Shown one piece after another: positions 46,010 through 56,267 of a stretch of DNA of 64,000 nucleotides. The notes below the pieces were generated by a model. It was not told where the DNA came from and searched no databases. It saw only the letters and a list, made by a program, of their open reading frames with translations. The DNA is from Caecitellus pseudoparvulus (Eukaryota > Protista > Bigyra: Bicosoecida). A program made the translations under genes and the position numbers. Every line of letters starts with the position of its first letter. Positions within the stretch are counted from its first letter, which is position 1. The stretch covers positions 186,001 to 250,000 of the forward strand of contig CBFFRQ010000089.1 of the NCBI GenBank assembly GCA_965644315.1, in the 5' to 3' direction.

Positions 46010-47049
46010 ACCGGAGCTCTGATCCTGCTCTGCGCCGAGAATGTGCAGGCTTGCGCGTCGGCCCCCACCCTCGCTAGCGTGGGTCATTGCGCCGCGAACC
46101 CTGGCCAGGTGAACGCCCTGGAGCCCAGTGACGCCTTGCACTACCCTGCTTCCCCTCCCCCATTCCTGTGTGTTGTCCAGCGTGGCGCCGCTGAGCTGCA
46201 GCGTACGCCGCGCTTCGCTGTCTTGTTTCATTCCCTTTCGATTGCCGCCAGCCGTTCGGTGGCGGCCAGCCGAATCCAATTCACTGTCGTTCACACTCTG
46301 GCTGAGCAGGCTGGCGGAAGGGCGGGCCCATGGGGCCATGAAGCCGCTCCTTCCACTGAAAGCAGTTGCACTCACCCCATCCCTCGCAGCACTTCCCAAC
46401 GAGACACTCTGCTGCAAAGCCCGGCCCGTCGCTTGAGCAGTGCGGGATACAATCTTCCCCTTGCCATGCAGGCCTTGCCGGTCATCAATCGCCTGGACCG
46501 TCACCCCATTGCAGTGTGGGGCGCGGGAAGACTTTCGCTGCTGCGGCGGCGGTGGCGGCGGCTTCTTTGCTGCCTCTGGCGCAGGCTCTCGAATGCTTGG
46601 CCCGGGTACGCGCAGTGCGCGGGGCCTGGCGCCCGCAGGCGGTGCACGGCGGCACGGCAGGCCCGCCAGCTACTTGACAAGGTAAGAAGCATGCCTTTAC
46701 CCCGCTAGGTGTGCGCGCTGGCGGCGTGTGGCGTGGTGAGGGGGGCGGTGAAGGGGGGAGGGTGGGGGAGCCGAGCGATGCGTCGGGCGCTCTCGCCAGC
46801 AATGCCGCCCATCAGCCAAACTCAGACACCCACCTACAAGTACCGGCGCGCAACACCCCAAAACCCCCCACCCTTTGCGCACATCTTCCCACCCCTTCAG
46901 CGTCACCCGGGACCCTCTGGCTGTTCAAGACGCCGACCCACGGCGCAGCAAGCCGTCGCTGAAGGCTCAGAACCCTCCGCGCTTCTGTGCCAGGACCAGT
47001 GCTTCGATTCGGGGCCCAGCAGCAGCAGGCAACGCACCAGTCAGGAAAT

Positions 47050-49687
47050 ATGTCCAAGTCAGGGCAGATAAGTGATGGCGTGGTAGTCCTAGATGATGGT
47101 GCGTGGTGCGGTCAGCAGCAGGGGGGCAGAGTGGCCGATGGGCGCAGGCGCGAGGTGCACTGCCTTTGCAGCTCAAGCCTGCCCCTGCACGCGCCCACAC
47201 GGCGCGGCTGCCCTGCTCAGTACCCTGTCCAGCATGTAGTGCGAATCCTATCACCTGCACATGCTCTACACCCCGCTCCCTGCACAGGCGCCGGCTTGAG
47301 TGGCAGCGGAGCGCAGGGCAGCATTCGCTCGGCCACTCTTGACGGGCACACGTACGCCGTCAAGACATTCAGCCGCAGGGCTGCGTCGGCAGCCAACACG
47401 GAGCGGTCAGCGGTGCGTGCTGCTCTCGCGTGCGGCGCAGGTGCTCGGCTGGGAGCCTGCACATACGCACCCCTGACGCACGCCCACGCCACCTCCCCGC
47501 CCACCAACAACAGGCTTCCCGCCTCGGCAGCGTCACGCCCGTGCACGCCCACGTGACTGCTGTGACGCACGCAAGGGCTCTGCCAAGTGGAGAAGTGCAG
47601 TTGTTCATGGAGCACGGCGTGTGTGACCTGCACACGGCGCGCTGCGCGCTGCCTCGCAACCGGTACGTGCTGCAAGCTCCCGCCGGCAGCTGGCCCGATG
47701 CCGCCGGCGCACTCCCAGCACGCTTGCTCGCGCCACAGGGCTGGAGAGGCCGCCTTCCTGAGGGAGTGGATGCTGCAGCTGGCCCATGCGTTGGGGCACT
47801 GCCACAAGCTGGGCATCGCGCATCGAGATGGTGAGGCTTCCGGTGCTCGGCAGCGCGAAAGGGCACGCACCGCGGAAACGCTCTCGGCCTGTCGCGGGTG
47901 TCACTTGCCGCCGCTGACGCACTCACCCCACGCTCTGCCCCGCAGTGAAGCCGGAGAACATCCTCGTCTTCCCCATGAACGAAGCGGGCGCGACAGCTCC
48001 CGTTCCTGCTGGGCAGCACAAGGCCATGCTGGCAGCGCTGAAGAAGGCTGCTTCGGACAGCTGTGGCCCCGACTCGGGCCACTCGGCTTTGGAGGCTGAG
48101 CAGGTGGCTGCAGCTGCTCGGGGGCGCCTGCGCCGGCACTTGGTCAAGCTGTGTGACTTCGGCTCAGCCCTCGTCGTTCGGGAGGACCTCATCGGCAGCG
48201 CCGACGTGCGGGGCATGTCAGCGCATGGCAGCACCAAGTACGCACCCCCCGAAACGCTGCTCCGGCACACGTACAACGTGGACGCGTCCGAAGCCCTCAA
48301 GCTGTGGCCTGAGCACTTCATCTTTGCTGAACGGTCTGCAGGGTACTCCCCCTTCCCTGTGGACGTGTGGAGCTTCGGCGTGACGCTGTTCGCGCTGGCA
48401 GCTGGGCGCCTGCCGTTTCGCCACGCCTGCATCACGTCCAGCACCTTCCGCGCCTTCCTCATGGCCACTCAGCGCGAGTGCCTGCACGACACCATGGCTG
48501 GGCCCAAGTCCACCATTTGGCACGCTGTGCCGCTGGCCCAGCTGCGCTGGGCGTGGCCGTCACACCTCTCACCCGCACTCACCCACTTGCTCGGCGGCTG
48601 CTTGCGCCTGAGGCCTGCTGAGCGCTGGACCATGGCGCAGGTGATGGCCCACCCCTGGTTCGGCAACCCCAGCTGGAACCCACACGGCGCACCAGCTGGC
48701 AACCTCTCCCCCCGCCTGGCACGCAGCCCTACCCCGTCTGCCCCAAGCAGCAGCAGTCGCCGCCCAGACACGAGCCGGGATGCGGCTGCCGAGGGCAGGG
48801 CGCGCACCTCCACTGTGCCCTCCACGGGGTCCAGCGGTGACTCGGGTGACTCCGCCGCGAGTCAGGACTACCCCCCCGCCACCTCCCCCTCCACCCACGG
48901 CGGCGCCAGTGGCTCCTTCCTGCCCAGTCTGAGTGAACGGGCAGGCTCCGTTGTTGGGCACGCCCCCTCCATCGCCTCTGCTGGCAGCCGCGCCCTGGCC
49001 GATGCTCGCGCCGGCTCTGCCTCCGTGCAGACGGCTGCCGCGTCAGTGAGCAGCCGTGCCTCCCCTGCGCCTTCCGCAGGGCAGGGCGCCCACCTCCTGG
49101 CGGGTGCCTCCCCCAACGTCGCCCGGCGCGCCAAACGGCCGTCCCTGGAGGGGCGTCCTGGGGGCCATGCTCAGGCTGGTGCAGGGGGGGCAGGTGACGT
49201 GGTGCTGGGGGTCATTGCGCTTCGCTCCCAGTCGGAGGGTGCCCCTGGGCTCAGCAGTCGCCGGCGCAGCCACCCGCCCCCCACCTCCTCCGGCGGCGTG
49301 GCGGTGTCCCCAGCCCGGGGGGACACCGCCGCCCACACCGCCAGCATGCCACGGCGTGTGGGCGCCGCCAGTCGCTCCCAGACCGTGGGCAGTCCTCCTT
49401 CACAGGGGGGCAGGGGTGAGCCTGGCAGCGGCACGGCACGCCTGGATGTGACGTCAGACGGGGAGGAGGAGGGGGGGGGGGACAGCGCCTTCCTGGTCAG
49501 TGCTGCCAACATGAAGAGCGTGCCGTCCTTGGGGGAGGTTCTGCCCGGCACGGTGCTGGAGGTGCCGGCGCAGGCGGAGGGTGGCGCCACGCCCCGCCTG
49601 GGCCGGAACAGCATCAGCTCCCCTGGCGCCCCTGGGCGGCAGGAGATGGACAAGGCTGACGGCGGCCGGACTGTGGTGTCGGGGTGA
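47050..49687 (+). CDS. Ser/Thr protein kinase, tandem paralogue 3
   Basis: Predicted introns 47099-47287, 47413-47513, 47663-47738 and 47831-47945. Motifs GSGAQGSI, YAVK, HRD/VKPEN, LCDFG, GSTKYAPPE, DVWSFG and HPWF. Confidence 0.85.
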
Positions 49688-49891
49688 CTGTCACCTGGCC
49701 CTCACGAGACACGCGCTGGGCAGGTGCGGTGGGCGGGCCAATTTGCACTGGATGCACAACCCGGTCAGCGACAGCAACCCGGTTGAGATGACGACACTGC
49801 AGCCTCCTTCGTAGTGCCGCCTCAGTGAACAATACACTCGTAAATCCAGCTCGCGTGGGGGGGGGAGAGGCGGGTGTGGCCACCTCTCGCC

Positions 49892-52800
49892 ATGCCGCTC
49901 AGGCACATGCGCCTGCTGCCGCTCGGCGCGGCGCTGCTGGCCCTGGCCCTGCACAGCACAGCTGCGACGCAGCGCCTCGTGCTGAACTCCACCTGGACCA
50001 AGCTGCATGACGTGGTGGGGGCGGCGGCGCCGGTGGGGGCGGCAGACGCGCCCGCCGCACGCCACGCCCACATTGCCGTCGGGCCAGTGTTTGGGCGTTA
50101 CATGCTGGTGCACGGTGGTGCGTCACGTCGCGGGCGAGTTTTGTGTGGAAGATCGTGCAGAGAGCTCCCCTTCCCTTGCGCCCCCTTGCAGGATTCTCGG
50201 ATGCCTCGGATGAAGCGCAGTTCTTCGACGATGCATGGCTGGTGCGGAGTTTCAGCCAGTGCCGAAGCGACGCCTTGCATCGCCCCCTGCATCCCCACCG
50301 CACCCCACTCCGACGCAGTTCGACCCCATTTCAACCACATGGGTGCAGCTGGTCTTTGAAGGCGCCAAGCCTGGCGCTCGGGCCCGCCACGGTGCTGTGC
50401 GTGGCGCCGCGAGCCCTGCTGGGAAACGCCACGACACGCTCCTATCAAGCCCGCGCTGCCACCCCTCCCGCACAGGCCCTGGACAGCACGACGCACACTC
50501 TAGCGATTTTCGGTGGCCTGCAGGAGTCGGGCAGCTCGACTGAGGACATGGATGACTTGTGGTTGCTGCCGCTGGGTCCGCTGCTGGCCAACGCAAGCAA
50601 GCCCAGCACTGCGCCTGCCATGACGGCAGATGCGCCTGCCTCGCCCGTGACGACGGCTGGCCAACAGCTGGACCTGGGCCAAGTGTCGGAGGTGACCCTG
50701 CGGTGGGAAGCGGTGCCTCGACCAGAGTACAGCGGCGGCCCGTCCGTGGCAGCGAGCGTGAACGCAATGACGCAAGCCTGCAGCTGGCCGCAGGCACGCA
50801 ACGAACCAGAGCTTGTGTTCCGGCATGGCATCCTGTTCATGTTTGGTGGCCTGCACTCCCAGTCGGACGTGACGCTGGGGGACCTGTGGGCGTGGCGCGC
50901 TGACCTGCAGCGCTGGGCTCGGTATGCCTCCATCCCAAACTCCGCAGCTGACGGGCTGAAGTTTGGCGGCGCCTGCGAAGGCTGCGTGGACCCCGAGGAG
51001 CGCTTCGCGCACTCCCTGGACCTCAGCGAAGGGGCTCTGTGGCGGTACTCGCAAGACCCTGCTGGGGCCATCTCGCGGCAGCTGCGTGGCGCTGGCAACG
51101 CAGCAAGTGGTGGCACCACGCCCGAGGCGTCCCACCGACACCTGGCCGTGTCCAACCGCACAGCGTGGGGGGGCAATTGGACGGGCAGTTCCCTGGTCAT
51201 GTTTGGCGGCCGGCGGTTCCAGCCTGACACCTCGGAGGTGCTGGGCTCCCTGTGGGCGTTCGATTTCCTCGGCGTTTCGGCGGCGGACTTTGAGTACTCG
51301 CCCTCCTTCGACCCCGCCGCTGCCGGCTGGCGCCACGCGGGAGAAGTCACGCCAGCACTGGCTGTCGGCCCCATCACGCCGTGGGGGACGTATCAGCTGC
51401 AGCGCTGCGCTGCGCTGGCGCCTGAGCGCGTCACCGGCGAGCCGTCGGAAACGCCGCCGCTGCCTGGCACGCCCCCCGCCGTGGGAGGGTGGCCCGTTGG
51501 GCGCTGGCGCGAGGTGCCCGTGTCTGGCACCACCTTCACCCGAGCCTACCACGCAGCGACGTTTTGGAATGGGCACCTGTCTGTCTTTGGCGGGTACAGC
51601 GAGGACGTCACGAGCCGGGGTTTCCGCGTGGGCGCCGTGTTTGCGGACCTGTTGACGCTGGGCCCAGAGCCCGCTGGCACTCCTGACCAAGGCCACTGGT
51701 CCCTGTTTCTGAACGAAGGCAGCAGCGAGCCGAGTGAGCGGTTCGAAGCCAAGGCGGTGCCGGCGCCAGGCGTGCTGGGGCGCCGCTCCGCCACCACGCC
51801 AAACCTGGGCACAAGCACGAACACCAGCACGCCGGTGTTCTTGATGTTCGGGGGCGATTTTCGGGGCGTCTGGGGCGACGTGTGGGCCGTGCCGCTGCTG
51901 AGCATGGCGGCGCGGCCCGCGGACGATGCGGATTTTGAAGTGGAAGGCACCTCCCTGAACATCCTGGACTCCACCGTGTTCATGGCTGTCGTGTTCTCAG
52001 TGGTCGGCCTCTGCTTCATCGGCATGTTAGTTGCGCTGCACCGTCGATCCGGCCAGCGGCGGGAGATGATGCGGGTGCTGGAGGGGCTCATGGCTGAGCA
52101 GGCCGCAGCCACAGAGGAGGCGGAGGGGGGGTCCGCCTCCCGCCGGAGGGGGGTCAGCCCCGCCACCCTCGCCGCCCTGCCCAAAGTCATCTGGCAAGCG
52201 CCTGCGCCGGTGGAGGGGGCCCCTGCCGGCGGCGCGGAGGGGGGGTCGCCGCCGGAAGGCACGCTGCTGTGCCCCACACTGCCCCCCCACTGGACCCCAC
52301 CCCTGTCCGGACAGGACTCCTGTGCCGTGTGCCTGGAGGAGTTCGGGGAGGGAGGGGGGGAGGACGCCGACAAGCGCCTGGTGGCGCTGCCCTGCGGCCA
52401 CGTCTTCCACACCTCCTGCATCTCCACGTGGCTGGAGTCACACCGCCAGTGCCCCCTGTGCAAGGCGTCGGTCTCACGAGGCATGCGGGGGGCCGGGCGC
52501 CGCACAGGCGACTCGGACAGCGCTGCAGAGGAGGAGGAGGAGGAGGGGGGGCGGGGGTGGCAGCGAGGAGGGGGGGGTGCAGCTGTCCCCCCTCCGCACA
52601 GCGCCTGCCGCAGCGGTGGAGCCAGGCGCCGCACGAGTCGTGCACGTCGCGCCAGCGGCCCCAGGGGCGCCCTCGCCTCCGCCCAATGGTCGGAGGCCTG
52701 CGTGATGCGTTTCTCGTTTGCGAGCACGGCGTCCTGCGCAGGGTGTGGGGGGGTCCAGCCCCGTGCCGTGCGAGGGGAGCGATTTCCGCAGGTTCGAGCG

Positions 52801-52893
52801 GCAAGCCGCCCATTCCAAATCCCCCTGCCCGTCCAAAGCTGCCCTGGACAATGCACTGTGGTCTTGGACTGCCCACCGTGCCAAGAGAGTTGA
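49892..52893 (+). CDS. Type I membrane E3 ligase: signal peptide, Kelch beta-propeller, TM helix, RING-H2
   Basis: Signal peptide [17 protein letters not shown]. Predicted introns 50118-50191, 50242-50318 and 50397-50475. Kelch motifs AIFGG, FMFGG, VMFGG, RAYHAA..SVFGG and [36 protein letters not shown]...[14 protein letters not shown]...CPLC. The true stop may be 52705 if the G-run at 52545-52551 is miscalled. Confidence 0.85.
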
Positions 52894-53402
52894 AACCCGT
52901 TTGTTGCTGGTGCGAGCTGAGCTGCGCGTGCAGGTTGCCGTGCGCCATCAATGCCTCATCATGCCACCACCCTGCACGCCTCGCAGTCACTACCGCCGCC
53001 GCACGCTGACTCACCGCGTGTCTCCATGCAAGTGTACGTGTCCTACGCTTTGTATTCTCTGGCTGCTGCTGCCTTTGCTGCCCTGGCACTGTGCCAGCCG
53101 CCACACCTCCACACTCTGCTGCCCGAGTTGGGCGGCCTTGGATGGAACTGAAGCAGGCGAGGCGGCAGGAAACCCCGCTGCGAGGGCCTGAAACGAGGAC
53201 CAGTCCCGCCGGGCCTGCTCGGTGACTTGTATCATGGAGTTTCTACCCTGCCCTGCGCCGGGAGGCGCCTGTGGACGCTTGCTGTCTGGCATCGTGTGAC
53301 GCCCGTTTCCCGTGATGCCTGCTGATGTGCACTGCACCTTGACCGACCACCACCCTTCCTGCCCCTCGCAGACTGGCCCCCTCACGAGTGCCGCCCGCCG
53401 AC

Positions 53403-55056
53403 ATGCAGCAGGCCGGATACAACATGAGCGCAGCGTACCACCCTCACTCCTCCTACCACGCTGCCCCCCCCACAACCTCCTCAGCCCAGCACCCCCACCA
53501 CGCAGCCCCCCCGCCCACCTCCACCGGCGGCGGCGGCGGCAGCGGCAGCCTGTTCACCTTCAGCCTTGGCGGGGCGGAGGGTGGCGGGCCCCCTGGCCTG
53601 GGTGACTCCGCCGCCCCCCCCCTGGGCGGTGACTCCATCCGCCTGGAGACGTTCCAGTCGGAGGGGGGGCAAGGCCCCCCTCCCCCCGCCAGTGCCGGCA
53701 CCCTGTACCGCTCCTTGCAGCACACCTTCCACAGCCACACCAGCGGAGGGGGTGCAGGGGGGGGTCAGGGGGGCTCCGCCCGCATGGGCACGTGGCAAGC
53801 CCCCCCCGGCTCCTCCTCTGACGCAGCAGCGGCCCTGGCGCAGTTGGCGTCATCCCCCGCACACCCCGGCGCAGCGGCTAGCAGTCTACGAGTGGACTCC
53901 ATGCGCCTGCCGTCCTGGGGTGTGCCTGCGGGACAACCCTCATCCATGGGAGGAGGAGGGGGGGGGGCGGGTACGGCGGAGGGGGGTGCACCCCCTCCCT
54001 GCACCGCCAGTGGCCCGGGGCGGGGATGTGGACCTGGACGCCATGCTGGGGGCAGACCCCCATGCGGGGGGTGGAGGGGGGGCCGACACCCCCCCCTACA
54101 ACCCCCCCCCCACCACACATTGGGCCGGGCCCACCGCCTCCCAGGGCCTGCCTCTGCCCCAAGCCTTCACCTCCGCCCTGCACCCCGCCAGCATGGGGCT
54201 GGGCTTTGCGCCACAGCAGGGCACGGCGGGCGCCCGCCCCCCTGCCACGTGGCAGACCTCCCGCCCAGCCCCTGGCCCCGCCCCCGAGTCTCTGAACGAC
54301 ACCACCTCTGACGCCGAGTCAGCGCCGGAGTCCAAGCAGGGCAGGAGGCGGCGGGGGCGCAGTCGGCGGGGGGGGGGCGGCAGCTCGGCAGGGGGGCGCT
54401 CCCTGCCCACGACGGCCGTGCGGAAATTGAAACAGTGGCTCCTGGCGCCAGAGAACTTCGACCACCCGTGGCCGACGGAAGACGAGAAGGTGGCCCTGGC
54501 CAGCGCATGTGACATCACTGTGCGCCAGGTGACAGTGTGGCTCACCAACGCCCGCAAACGCATCTGGAAACCCCTGCGGGAGTCACAGGGACTGCCCGTC
54601 ACAGACTACAAAGCCGCGAAAAACGCCCGCCGCCGGGAAGAGCTGGCCAGCATGGCAGCCACCGCCGCCGCAGCAGAGAAAGCCGCCTCAGAGGCGCCCT
54701 CTGCCACCCGTTCTGCAAGGGGCACCAAGCGAACGCGGGAAGCGGACGGGAGCGCCGAGGGCGGCAGTGGCCCCTCCCCAGCAACGCAGCAGGAGCTGCA
54801 AGACGTGCAGCGGCAGCTGGAAGCCACCCTGCTGGCGCTGCGAGGGACGCTGCAGCACTTGCTGCACGCCGGCATGCGGCAAGTGGGCGAGTCACAGGCC
54901 CTGGCCCATGCTGCCGCGCAAGTGAGTGCGCTGGCGCCCAACGCCGAAGCGCGTGTGCAGGCTGAGCACCTGCTGCGGGAATTGCAGCAGCTGTCAGCTG
55001 ACGGCGTGGCGGCCATGGCACAGGGGCAGGACGGCGAGAAACGCCCCCGTGTGTGA
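53403..55056 (+). CDS. TALE-class homeodomain transcription factor (apparent frameshift near 53981-53987)
   Basis: Homeodomain [57 protein letters not shown] (about 54400-54573) followed by a coiled coil. The N-terminal part is in the adjacent frame (ORF 53388-54311). Confidence 0.85.
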
Positions 55057-55108
55057 GTGTGACGCAAATGCATTGTTCCAACCACACACCACCCCAGCGG
55101 GCGCTGCC

Positions 55109-55792
55109 TCAGCTCTTGTCAATCTGCTTGTCAATGTCTGCCATGCGGGTGAGCATGACGGGCTGACTGGTCTCCAGCAGCTCCCCGCCGCAGATGAACT
55201 CGTCCAGGATGGCGTACACCTTGTTGAAGTTGAACACCAGGTCCAGCTCGCACACCTGCGATGCAGAGGAGTCGTCGTGGAGGGCGTGGCGATGCCGCAG
55301 GCACACCAGCGCCAGCACGCACGTTGCCAAAGTACTTGTCCAGCAGCTCCACGAACAGATGGATGCTCTCCAGGTACCCCAGCTCGTTGTCTGTCGGGTC
55401 CACGCAAATGGAGAAGAACAGCCCCGCGTACCGCCGGTAGATGATCTTGTAGTTCTGGAACTGCGCTCGGCCGCCAAGGCGGGGTGAAACGCCGCCGGCA
55501 CAGCTCGCCGCCGCAGCGCCGCTGCCGTACCTCGACAAAGTTTGTGTACTTGCCGTCCCGCATCGTGATCATGCGGTGCACCTCCCCCTCAATCTTCCGC
55601 TTCTCAGCCTCCTCCACGTCCACATACCACTTGCTCAGCCGGGTCTTGCCCTGCCGGTTTTGGAGCAGAAAGAAGCGAATCTGCACAGCGCACGACAGCA
55701 AGGCGGGCCGTGCACACGGGCCAGGAACGGCGTTTAACGTTGAGAAACGCGCGCGCAGAGCCTGCACCGCCAGGCGCCACACCACGCACCAT
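55109..55792 (-). CDS. AP2S1: AP-2 complex subunit sigma
   Basis: Exons 55792-55790 (ATG only), 55680-55531, 55460-55323 and 55255-55109. Protein [20 protein letters not shown]...[21 protein letters not shown]...[14 protein letters not shown]. Confidence 0.93.
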
Positions 55793-56267
55793 TGCGAAGG
55801 GAGCGTGCCACCGGCGTTTCACTGGCGACAAGTCAAGCACAGCCGACAAACGACACGCAACGGGCTGTATGGACAACGAGAGGCTGCCGCATACCTTGAA
55901 AGCGCAGAGTATGGCTTAGTTTGGGGGGGGATTTTTGGCTCTAGAGCATCTTTTTCACACAAAGGTGACAGACCGCGATGGAGTCTTTGCCTCTCAGCAA
56001 GGTTCGGCTGCCGACGACACGCTATTTTCAAAGCGCAGGCAGCTTCCAAGGTGGCACATGATACAAAACACTTGACGCACACATGCTCACAGATCATGTC
56101 CAGGTTCTACACAGTAAAGAGCCCCTCCTGCCCTCCAGCACAGGGTGTGAAAAGGCGCTCGAGCACGGTGGTGCTGAGGAGGGCAGCTGCGCTCCAGCTC
56201 AGCTTCGACCGGCAACGCATACACCGGGAATAGCCGGGAGGTGGACTCTTGCTGTGAGGCAGACGAC

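Noticed and set aside
46010-47049. Possible gene between kinases 2 and 3 (ORFs 45815-46504 minus, 46043-46708 plus)
   Set aside because: No recognisable motifs, and no consistent ATG-plus-splice model could be built.
52545-52893. Programmed frameshifting in the RING gene tail and in the homeobox gene
   Set aside because: Both frame switches coincide with G homopolymers, so sequencing or assembly error is the simpler explanation without read data.
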